In this document: positions 49,501 to 61,500 of the stretch, one piece after another
How positions within the stretch are numbered: the first letter of the stretch is position 1
Layout: each line of letters opens with the position of its first letter
NCBI GenBank assembly: GCA_964016885.1
Contig: OZ024749.1
Span: 20,212,001-20,276,000 of the forward strand
DNA from: Eledone cirrhosa
Lineage: Eukaryota
Length of the DNA: 64,000 bases
Direction of reading: 5' to 3'
Position numbers and translations under genes: made by a program
The notes under the pieces: model-generated
Seen by the model: the letters and a program-made list of their open reading frames with translations, nothing else
The model's database searches: none
What the model was told of the DNA's origin: nothing

Positions 49501-52500
49501 TTTTAACTCCTCAGTTAAGGTGACAGAATGCTGAGGACCAAAGGTGTGTTTTAACTGGTCAGTTAAGGTGACAGATTGCTGAGGAACAGAGGTGTGTTTT
49601 AACTCCTCAGTTAAGGTGACAGACTACTGAGGACCAGAGGTGTGTTTTAACTCCTCAGTAAAGGTGACAGACTGCTGAGGAACAGAGGTGTGTTTTAACT
49701 CCTCAGTTAAGGTGACAGACTGCTGAGGAACAGGGGTGTGTTTTAACTGTTCAGTTAAGGTGACAGATTGCTGAGGACCAGAGGTGTGTTTTAACTCCTC
49801 AGTTAAGGTGACAGACTGCTGAGGACCAGAGGTGTGTTTTAACTCCTCAGTTAAGGTGACAGATTGCTGAGGAACAGAGGTGTGTTTTAACTCCTCAGTT
49901 AAGGTGACAGACTGCTGAGGAACAGGGGTGTGTTTCAACTGTTCAGTTAAGGTGACAGATTGCTGAGGACCAGAGGTGTGTTTTAACTCCTCAGTGAAGG
50001 TGTCAGACTACTGAGGACCAGAGGTGTGTTTTAACTGTTCAGTTAAGGTGACAGAATGCTGAGGACCAGAGGTGTGTTTTAACTGTTCAGTTAAGGTGTC
50101 AGACTACTGAGGACCAGAGGTGTGTTTTAACTGTTCAGTTAAGGTGTCAGACTACTGAGGACCAGAGGTGTGTTTTAACTGCTCAGTTAAGGTGACAGAT
50201 TGCTGAGGACCAGAGGTGTGTTTTAACTCCTCAGTTAAGGTGACAGACTACTGAGGACCAGAGGTGTGTTTTAACTCCTCAGTTAAGGTGTGAGACTACT
50301 GAGGAACAGGGGTCTGTTTTAACAGTTCAGTTAAGGTGACAGATTGCTGAGGACCAGAGGTGTGTTTTAACTGCTCAGTTAAGGTGTCAGACTACTGAGG
50401 ACCAGAGGTGTGTTTTAACTGCTCAGTTAAGGTGTCAGACTACTGAGGACCAGAGGTGTGTTTTAACTGCTCAGTTAAGGTGTCAGACTACTGAGGACCA
50501 GAGGTGTGTTTTAACTCCTCAGTTAAGGTGTCAGACTACTGAGGACCAGAGGTGTGTTTTAACTCCTCAGTGAAGGTGACAGACTACTGAGGAACAGAGG
50601 TGTGTTTTAACTGCTCAGTAAAGGTGATAGACTGCTGAGGACCAGAGATGTGTTTTAACTGCTCAGTAAAGGTGACAGACTGCTGAGGACCAGAGATGTG
50701 TTTCAACTGCTCAGTAAAGGTGACAGACTGCTGAGGACCAGAGGTGTGTTTTAACTGCTCAGTAAAGGTGACAGACTGCTGAGGACCAGAGGTGTGTTTT
50801 AACTGTTCAGTTAAGGTGACAGAATGCTGAGGACCAGAGGTGTGTTTTAACTCCTCGGTTAAGGTGTCAGACTACTGAGGACCAGAGGTGTGTTTTAACT
50901 CCTCAGTGAAGGTGACAGACTACTGAGGAACAGAGGTGTGTTTTAACTGCTCAGTAAAGGTGATAGACTGCTGAGGACCAGAGATGTGTTTTAACTGCTC
51001 AGTAAAGGTGACAGACTGCTGAGGACCAGAGGTGTGTTTTAACTCCTCAGTTAAGGTGACAGACTACTGAGGACCAGAGGTGTGTTTTAACTGCTCAGTA
51101 AAGGTGACAGACTGCTGAGGACCAGAGATGTGTTTTAACTGCTCAGTAAAGGTGACAGACTACTGAGGACCAGAGATGTGTTTTAACTGCTCAGTAAAGG
51201 TGACAGACTGCTGAGGACCAGAGGTGTGTTTAAACTCCTCAGTAAAGGTGACAGACTGCTGAGGACCAGAGATGTGTTTTAACTGCTCAGTAAAGGTGAC
51301 AGACTGCTGAGGACCAGAGGTGTGTTTTAACTCCTCAGTTAAGGTGACAGATTGCTGAGGACCAGAGGTGTGTTTTAACTCCTCAGTTAAGGTGACAGAC
51401 TACTGAGGACCAGAGGTGTGTTTTAACTGCTCAGTAAAGGTGACAGACTGCTGAGGACCAGAGATGTGTTTTAACTGCTCAGTAAAGGTGACAGACTGCT
51501 GAGGACCAGAGATGTGTTTTAACTGCTCAGTAAAGGTGACAGACTGCTGAGGACCAGAGGTGTGTTTTAACTGCTCAGTAAAGGTGACAGATTGCTGAGG
51601 ACCAGAGGTGTGTTTTAACTGTTCAGTTAAGGTGACAGAATGCTGAGGACCAGAGGTGTGTTTTAACTCCTCAGTAAAGGTGACAGACTGCTGAGGACCA
51701 GAGATGTGTTTTAACTGCTCAATAAAGGTGACAGACTGCTGAGGACCAGAGGTGTGTTTTAACTCCTCAGTTAAGGTGACAGACTACTGAGGACCAGAGG
51801 TGTGTTTTAACTGCTCAGTAAAGGTGACAGACTGCTGAGGACCAGAGATGTGTTTTAACTGCTCAGTAAAGGTGACAGACTACTGAGGACCAGAGATGTG
51901 TTTTAACTGCTCAGTAAAGGTGACAGACTGCTGAGGACCAGAGGTGTGTTTTAACTCCTCAGTAAAGGTGACAGACTGCTGAGGACCAGAGATGTGTTTT
52001 AACTGCTCAGTAAATGTGACAGACTGCTGAGGACCAGAGGTGTGTTTTAACTCCTCAGTTAAGGTGACAGATTGCTGAGGACCAGAGGTGTGTTTTAACT
52101 CCTCAATTAAGGTGACAGACTACTGAGGACCAGAGGTGTATTTTAACTGCTCAGTAAAGGTGACAGACTGCTGAGGACCAGAGATGTGTTTTAACTGCTC
52201 AGTAAAGGTGACAGACTGCTGAGGACCAGAGATGTGTTTTAACTGCTCAGTAAAGGAGACAGACTGCTGAGGACCAGAGGTGTGTTTTAACTCCTCAGTT
52301 AAGGTGACAGACTGCTGAGGACCAGAGATGTGTTTTAACTGCTCAGTAAAGGTGACAGACTGCTGAGGACCAGAGATGTGTTTTAACTGCTCAGTAAAGG
52401 TGAGAGACTGCTGAGGACCAGAGATGTGTTTTAACTGCTCAGTAAAGGTGACAGACTGCTGAGGACCAGAGGTGTGTTTTAACTCCTCAGTTAAGGTGAC

Positions 52501-55500
52501 AGACTACTGAGGACCAGAGGTGTGTTTTAACTGCTCAGTAAAGGTGACAGACTGCTGAGGACCAGAGATGTGTTTTAACTGCTCAGTAAAGGTGACAGAC
52601 TGCTGAGGACCAGAGATGTGTTTTAACTGCTCAGTAAAGGTGACAGACTGCTGAGGACCAGAGGTGTGTTTTAACTCCTCAGTAAAGGTGACAGACTGCT
52701 GAGGACCAGAGATGTGTTTTAACTGCTCAGTAAAGGTGACAGACTGCTGAGGAACAGAGGTGTGTTTTAACGCCTCAGTTAAGGTGACAGATTGCTGAGG
52801 ACCAGAGGTATGTTTTAACTCCTCAGTTAAGGTGACAGATTGCTGAGGACCAGAGGTGTGTTTTAACTCCTCAGTTAAGGTGACAGATTGCTGAGGACCA
52901 GAGATGTGTTTTAACTCCTCAGGTAAGGTGACAGATTGCTGAGGACCAGAGGTGTGTTTTAACTCCTCAGTTAAGGTGACAGATTGCTGAGGACCAGAGG
53001 TGTGTTTTAACTGCTCAGTAAAGGTGACAGATTGCTGAGGACCAGAGGTGTGTTTTAACTCCTCAGTTAAGGTGACAGATTGCTGAGGACCAGAGGTGTG
53101 TTTTAACTGCTCAGTAAAGGTGACAGACTACTGAGGACCAGAGGTGTGTTTTAACTCCTCAGTTAAGGTGACAGACTACTGAGGACCAGAGGTGTGTTTT
53201 AACTCCTCAGTAAAGGTGACAGACTGCTGAGGACCAGAGGTGTGTTTTAACTGTTCAGTTAAGGTGACAGACTACTGAGGACCAGAGGTGTGTATTAACT
53301 GTTCAGTTAAGGTGACAGACTACTGAGGAACAGAGGTGTGTTTTAACTGTTCAGTTAAGGTGACAAACTACTGAGGACCAGAGGTGTGTTTTAACTGCTC
53401 AGTAAAGGTGACAGACTGCTGAGGACCAGAGGTGTGTTTTAACTGTTCAGTTAAGGTGACAGAATGCTGAGGACCAGAGGTGTGTTTTAACTCCTCAGTA
53501 AAGGTGACAGACTGCTGAGGACCAGAGGTGTGTTTTAACTGTTCAGTTAAGGTGACAGAATGCTGAGGACCAGAGGTGTGTTTTAACTCCTCAGTAAAGG
53601 TGACAGACTGCTGAGGACCAGAGGTGTGTTTTAACTGTTCAGTTAAGGTGACAGAATGCTGAGGACCAGAGGTGTGTTTTAACTCCTCAGTAAAGGTGAC
53701 AGACTGCTGAGGACCAGAGGTGTGTTTTAACTCCTCAGTAAAGGTGACAGACTGCTGAGGACCAGAGATGTGTTTTAACTGCTCGGTAAAGGTGACAGAC
53801 TGCTGAGGACCAGAGGTGTGTTTTAACTCCTCAGTAAAGGTGACAGACTGCTGAGGACCAGAGATGTGTTTTAACTGCTCAGTAAAGGTGACAGACTGCT
53901 GAGGAACAGAGGTGTGTTTTAACGCCTCAGTTAAGGTGACAGATTGCTGAGGACCAGAGGTGTGTTTTAACTCCTCAGTTAAGGTGACAGATTGCTGAGG
54001 ACCAGAGGTGTGTTTTAACTCCTCAGTTAAGGTGACAGATTGCTGAGGACCAGAGATGTGTTTTAACTCCTCAGGTAAGGTGACAGATTGCTGAGGACCA
54101 GAGGTGTGTTTTAACTCCTCAGTTAAGGTGACAGATTGCTGAGGACCAGAGGTGTGTTTTAACTGCTCCGTAAAGGTGACAGATTGCTGAGGACCAGAGG
54201 TGTGTTTTAACTCCTCAGTTAAGGTGACAGATTGCTGAGGACCAGAGGTGTGTTTTAACTGCTCAGTAAAGGTGACAGACTACTGAGGACCAGAGGTGTG
54301 TTTTAACTCCTCAGTTAAGGTGACAGACTACTGAGGACCAGAGGTGTGTTTTAACTCCTCAGTAAAGGTGACAGACTGCTGAGGACCAGAGGTGTGTTTT
54401 AACTGTTCAGTTAAGGTGACAGACTACTGAGGACCAGAGGTGTGTATTAACTGTTCAGTTAAGGTGACAGACTACTGAGGAACAGAGGTGTGTTTTAACT
54501 GTTTAGTTAAGGTGACAAACTACTGAGGACCAGAGGTGTGTTTTAACTGCTCAGTAAAGGTGACAGACTGCTGAGGACCAGAGGTGTGTTTTAACTGTTC
54601 AGTTAAGGTGACAGAATGCTGAGGACCAGAGGTGTGTTTTAACTCCTCAGTAAAGGTGACAGACTGCTGAGGACCAGAGGTGTGTTTTAACTGTTCAGTT
54701 AAGGTGACAGAATGCTGAGGACCAGAGGTGTGTTTTAACTCCTCAGTAAAGGTGACAGACTGCTGAGGACCAGAGGTGTGTTTTAACTGTTCAGTTAAGG
54801 TGACAGAATGCTGAGGACCAGAGGTGTGTTTTAACTCCTCAGTAAAGGTGCCAGACTGCTGAGGACCAGAGGTGTGTTTTAACTCCTCAGTAAAGGTGAC
54901 AGACTGCTGAGGACCAGAGGTGTGTTTTAACTGTTCAGTTAAGGTGACAGAATGCTGAGGACCAGAGGTGTGTTTTAACTCCTCAGTAAAGGTGACAGAC
55001 TGCTGAGGACCAGAGGTGTGTTTTAACTGTTCAGTTAAGGTGACAGAATGCTGAGGACCAGAGGTGTGTTTTAACTCCTCAGTGAAGGTGACAGAATGCT
55101 GAGGACCAGAGGTGTGTTTTAACTCCTCAGTAAAGGTGACAGACTGCTGAGGACCAGAGGTGTGTTTTAACTGTTCAGTTAAGGTGACAGAATGCTGAGG
55201 ACCAGAGGTGTGTTTTAACTCCTCAGTGAAGGTGACAGAATGCTGAGGACCAGAGGTGTGTTTTAACTGCTCAGTTAAGGTGACAGACTACTGAGGACCA
55301 GAGGTGTGTTTTAACTCCTCAGTTAAGGTGACAGACTGCTGAGGATCAGGGGTGTGTTTTAACTCTTCAGTTAAGGTGACAGATTGCTGAGGACCAGAGG
55401 TGTGTTTTAACTCCTCAGTTAAGGTGACAGACTGCTGAGGACCAGAGGTGTGTTTTAACTCCTCAGTTAAGGTGACAGATTGCTGAGGAACAGAGGTGTG

Positions 55501-58500
55501 TTTTAACTCCTCAGTTAAGGTGACAGACTGCTGAGGAACAGGGGTGTGTTTTAACTGTTCAGTTAAGGTGACAGATTGCTGAGGACCAGAGGTGTGTTTT
55601 AACTCCTCAGTGAAGGTGTCAGACTACTGAGGACCAGAGGTGTGTTTTAACTGTTCAGTTAAGGTGACAGAATGCTGAGGACCAGAGGTGTGTTTTAACT
55701 GTTCAGTTAAGGTGTCAGACTACTGAGGACCAGAGGTGTGTTTTAACTGTTCAGTTAAGGTGTCAGACTACTGAGGACCAGAGGTGTGTTTTAACTGCTC
55801 AGTTAAGGTGACAGATTGCTGAGGACCAGAGGTGTGTTTTAACTCCTCAGTTAAGGTGTCAGACTACTGAGGAAAAGGGGTGTGTTTTAACTGTTCAGTT
55901 AAGGTGACAGATTGCTGAGGACCAGAGGTGTGTTTTAACTGCTCAGTTAAGGTGTCAGACTACTGAGGACCAGAGGTGTGTTTTAACTGCTCAGTTAAGG
56001 TGTCAGACTACTGAGGACCAGAGGTGTGTTTTAACTGCTCAGTTAAGGTGTCAGACTACTGAGGACCAGAGGTGTGTTTTAACTCCTCAGTTAAGGTGTC
56101 AGACTACTGAGGACCAGAGGTGTGTTTTAACTCCTCAGTGAAGGTGACAGACTACTGAGGAACAGAGGTGTGTTTTAACTGCTCAGTAAAGGTGATAGAC
56201 TGCTGAGGACCAGAGATGTGTTTTAACTGCTCAGTAAAGGTGACAGACTGCTGAGGACCAGAGATGTGTTTTAACTGCTCAGTAAAGGTGACAGACTGCT
56301 GAGGACCAGAGGTGTGTTTTAACTGCTCAGTAAAGGTGACAGACTGCTGAGGACCAGAGGTGTGTTTTAACTGTTCAGTTAAGGTGACAGAATGCTGAGG
56401 ACCAGAGGTGTGTTTTAACTCCTCAGTAAAGGTGACAGACTGCTGAGGACCAGAGATGTGTTTTAACTGCTCAGTAAAGGTGACAGACTGCTGAGGACCA
56501 GAGGTGTGTTTTAACTCTTCAGTTAAGGTGACGGACTACTGAGGACCAGAGGTGTGTTTTAACTGCTCAGTAAAGGTGACAGACTGCTGAGGACCAGAGA
56601 TGTGTTTTAACTGCTCAGTAAAGGTGACAGACTACTGAGGACCAGAGATGTGTTTTAACTGCTCAGTAAAGGTGACAGACTGCTGAGGACCAGAGGTGTG
56701 TTTTAACTCCTCAGTAAAGGTGACAGACTGCTGAGGACCAGAGATGTGTTTTAACTGCTCAGTAAAGGTGGCAGACTGCTGAGGACCAGAGGTGTGTTTT
56801 AACTCCTCAGTTAAGGTGACAGATTGCTGAGGACCAGAGGTGTGTTTTAACTCCTCAGTTAAGGTGACAGACTACTGAGGACCAGAGGTGTGTTTTAACT
56901 CCTCAGTAAAGGTGACAGACTGCTGAGGACCAGAGGTGTGTTTTAACTGTTCAGTTAAGGTGACAGAATGCTGAGGACCAGAGGTGTGTTTTAACTCCTC
57001 TGTAAAGGTGACAGACTGCTGAGGACCAGAGGTGTGTTTTAACTGTTCAGTTAAGGTGACAGAATGCTGAGGACCAGAGGTGTGTTTTAACTGTTCAGTT
57101 AAGGTGTCAGACTACTGAGGACCAGAGGTGTGTTTTAACTGTTCAGTTAAGGTGTCAGACTGCTGAGGACCAGAGGTGTGTTTTAACTGCTCAGTTAAGG
57201 TGACAGATTGCTGAGGACCAGAGGTGTGTTTTAACTCCTCAGTTAAGGTGTCAGACTACTGAGGAAAAGGGGTGTGTTTTAACTGTTCAGTTAAGGTGAC
57301 AGATTGCTGAGGACCAGAGGTGTGTTTTAACTGCTCAGTTAAGGTGTCAGACTACTGAGGACCAGAGGTGTGTTTTAACTGCTCAGTTAAGGTGTCAGAC
57401 TACTGAGGACCAGAGGTGTGTTTTAACTGCTCAGTTAAGGTGTCAGACTACTGAGGACCAGAGGTGTGTTTTAACTGCTCAGTTAAGGTGTCAGACTACT
57501 GAGGACCAGAGGTGTGTTTTAACTGCTCAGTTAAGGTGTCAGACTACTGAGGACCAGAGGTGTGTTTTAACTGCTCAGTTAAGGTGTCAGACTACTGAGG
57601 ACCAGAGGTGTGTTTTAACTCCTCAGTTAAGGTGTCAGACTACTGAGGACCAGAGGTGTGTTTTAACTCCTCAGTTAAGGTGACAGACTGCTGAGGAACA
57701 GAGGTGTGTTTTAACTGCTCAGTAAAGGTGATAGACTGCTGAGGACCAGAGATGTGTTTTAACTGCTCAGTAAAGGTGACAGACTGCTGAGGACCAGAGA
57801 TGTGTTTTAACTGCTCAGTAAAGGTGACAGACTGCTGAGGACCAGAGGTGTGTTTTAACTGCTCAGTAAAGGTGACAGACTGCTGAGGACCAGAGGTGTG
57901 TTTTAACTGTTCAGTTAAGGTGACAGAATGCTGAGGACCAGAGGTGTGTTTTAACTCCTCAGTAAAGGTGACAGACTGCTGAGGACCAGAGATGTGTTTT
58001 AACTGCTCAGTAAAGGTGACAGACTGCTGAGGACCAGAGGTGTGTTTTAACTCTTCAGTTAAGCTGACAGACTACTGAGGACCAGAGGTGTGTTTTAACT
58101 GCTCAGTAAAGGTGACAGACTGCTGAGGACCAGAGATGTGTTTTAACTGCTCAGTAAAGGTGACAGACTACTGAGGACCAGAGATGTGTTTTAACTGCTC
58201 AGTAAAGGTGACAGACTGCTGAGGACCAGAGGTGTGTTTTAACTCCTCAGTAAAGGTGACAGACTGCTGAGGACCAGAGATGTGTTTTAACTGCTCAGTA
58301 AAGGTGGCAGACTGCTGAGGACCAGAGGTGTGTTTTAACTCCTCAGATAAGGTGACAGATTGCTGAGGACCAGAGGTGTGTTTTAACTCCTCAGTTAAGG
58401 TGACAGACTGCTGAGGACCAGAGATGTGTTTTAACTGCTCAGTAAAGGTGACAGACTGCTGAGGACCAGAGGTGTGTTTTAACTCCTCAGTTAAGGTGAC

Positions 58501-61500
58501 AGACTGCTGAGGACCAGAGATGTGTTTTAACTGCTCAGTAAAGGTGACAGACTGCTGAGGACCAGAGGTGTGTTTTAACTGTTCAGTTAAGGTGACAGAA
58601 TGCTGAGGACCAGAGGTGTGTTTTAACTCCTCAGTTAAGGTGACAGACTACTGAGGACCAGAGGTGTGTTTTAACTGCTCAGTAAAGGTGACAGACTGCT
58701 GAGGACCAGAGATGTGTTTTAACTGCTCAGTAAAGGTGACAGACTGCTGAGGACGAGAGGTGTGTTTTAACTCCTCAGTAAAGGTGACAGACTGCTGAGG
58801 ACCAGAGATGTGTTTTAACTGCTCAGTAAAGGTGACAGACTACTGAGGACCAGAGGTGTGTTTTAACTCCTCAGTAAAGGTGACAGACTGCTGAGGAACA
58901 GGGGTGTGTTTTAACTGTTCAGTTAAGGTGACAGATTGCTGAGGACCAGAGGTGTGATTTAACTCCTCAGTTAAGGTGACAGACTGCTGAGGACCAGAGG
59001 TGTGTTTTAACTCCTCAGTTAAGGTGACAGATTGCTGAGGAACAGAGGTGTGTTTTAACTCCTCAGTTAAGGTGACAGACTGCTGAGGAACAGGGGTGTG
59101 TTTTAACTGTTCAGTTAAGGTGACAGATTGCTGAGGACCAGAGGTGTGTTTTAACTCCTCAGTGAAGGTGTCAGACTACTGAGGACCAGAGGTGTGTTTT
59201 AACTGTTCAGTTAAGGTGACAGAATGGTGAGGACCAGAGGTGTGTTTTAACTGTTCAGTTAAGGTGTCAGACTACTGAGGACCAGAGGTGTGTTTTAACT
59301 GTTCAGTTAAGGTGTCAGACTACTGAGGACCAGAGGTGTGTTTTAACTGCTCAGTTAAGGTGACAGATTGCTGAGGACCAGAGGTGTGTTTTAACTCCTC
59401 AGTTAAGGTGTCAGACTACTGAGGAAAAGGGGTGTGTTTTAACTGTTCAGTTAAGGTGACAGATTGCTGAGGACCAGAGGTGTGTTTTAACTGCTCAGTT
59501 AAGGTGTCAGACTACTGAGGACCAGAGGTGTGTTTTAACTGCTCAGTTAAGGTGTCAGTCTACTGAGGACCAGAGGTGTGTTTTAACTGCTCAGTTAAGG
59601 TGTCAGACTACTGAGGACCAGAGGTGTGTTTTAACTCCTCAGTTAAGGTGTCAGACTACTGAGGACCAGAGGTGTGTTTTAACTCCTCAGTGAAGGTGAC
59701 AGACTACTGAGGAACAGAGGTGTGTTTTAACTGCTCAGTAAAGGTGATAGACTGCTGAGGACCAGAGATGTGTTTTAACTGCTCAGTAAATGTGACAGAC
59801 TGCTGAGGACCAGAGATGTGTTTTAACTGCTCAGTAAAGGTGACAGACTGCTGAGGACCAGAGGTGTGTTTTAACTGCTCAGTAAAGGTGACAGACTGCT
59901 GAGGACCAGAGGTGTGTTTTAACTGTTCAGTTAAGGTGACAGACTGCTGAGGACCAGAGGTGTGTTTTAACTCCTCAGTAAAGGTGACAGACTGCTGAGG
60001 ACCAGAGATGTGTTTTAACTGCTCAGTAAAGGTGGCAGACTGCTGAGGACCAGAGGTGTGTTTTAACTCCTCAGTTAAGGTGACAGATTGCTGAGGACCA
60101 GAGGTGTGTTTTAACTCCTCAGTTAAGGTGACAGACTGCTGAGGACCAGAGATGTGTTTTAACTGCTCAGTAAAGGTGACAGACTGCTGAGGACCAGAGG
60201 TGTGTTTTAACTCCTCAGTTAAGGTGACAGACTGCTGAGGACCAGAGATGTGTTTTAACTGCTCAGTAAAGGTGACAGACTGCTGAGGACCAGAGATGTG
60301 TTTTAACTGCTCAGTAAAGGTGACAGACTACTGAGGACCAGAGGTGTGTTTTAACTCCTCAGTAAAGGTGACAGACTGCTGAGGAACAGGGGTGTGTTTT
60401 AACTGTTCAGTTAAGGTGACAGATTGCTGAGGACCAGAGGTGTGTTTTAACTCCTCAGTTAAGGTGTCAGACTACTGAGGACCAGAGGTGTGTTTTAACT
60501 CCTCAGTGAAGGTGACAGACTACTGAGGAACAGAGGTGTGTTTTAACTGCTCAGTAAAGGTGATAGACTGCTGAGGACCAGAGATGTGTTTTAACTGCTC
60601 AGTAAATGTGACAGACTGCTGAGGACCAGAGATGTGTTTTAACTGCTCAGTAAAGGTGACAGACTGCTGAGGACCAGAGGTGTGTTTTAACTGCTCAGTA
60701 AAGGTGACAGACTGCTGAGGACCAGAGGTGTGTTTTAACTCCTCAGTTAAGGTGACAGACTGCTGAGGACCAGAGATGTGTTTTAACTGCTCAGTAAAGG
60801 TGACAGACTGCTGAGGACCAGAGATGTGTTTTAACTGCTCAGTAAAGGTGACAGACTGCTGAGGACCAGAGGTGTGTTTTAACTCCTCAGTTAAGGTGAC
60901 AGACTACTGAGGACCAGAGGTGTGTTTTAACTGCTCAGTAAAGGTGACAGACTGCTGAGGACCAGAGATGTGTTTTAACTGCTCAGTAAAGGTGACAGAC
61001 TGCTGAGGACCAGAGATGTGTTTTAACTGCTCAGTAAAGGTGACAGACTGCTGAGGACCAGAGGTGTGTTTTAACTCCTCAGTAAAGGTGACAGAATGCT
61101 GAGGACCAGAGATGTGTTTTAACTGCTCAGTAAAGGTGACAGACTACTGAGGACCAGAGGTGTGTTTTAACTCCTCAGTAAAGGTGACAGACTGCTGAGG
61201 AACAGGGGTGTGTTTTAACTGTTCAGTTAAGGTGACAGATTGCTGAGGACCAGAGGTGTGTTTTAACTCCTCAGTTAAGGTGACAGACTGCTGAGGACCA
61301 GAGGTGTGTTTTAACTCCTCAGTTAAGGTGACAGATTGCTGAGGAACAGAGGTGTGTTTTAACTCCTCAGTTAAGGTGACAGACTGCTGAGGAACAGGGG
61401 TGTGTTTTAACTGTTCAGTTAAGGTGACAGATTGCTGAGGACCAGAGGTTTGTTTTAACTCCTCAGTGAAGGTGTCAGACTACTGAGGACCTGAGGTGTG

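Noticed and set aside
30472-49938. Repeat-protein CDSs from the ORF track (410 aa and several 60-104 aa)
   Set aside because: The starts are chance GTG/TTG variants inside the satellite, the frame is broken by frequent TAG alleles, and there is no unique coding sequence.
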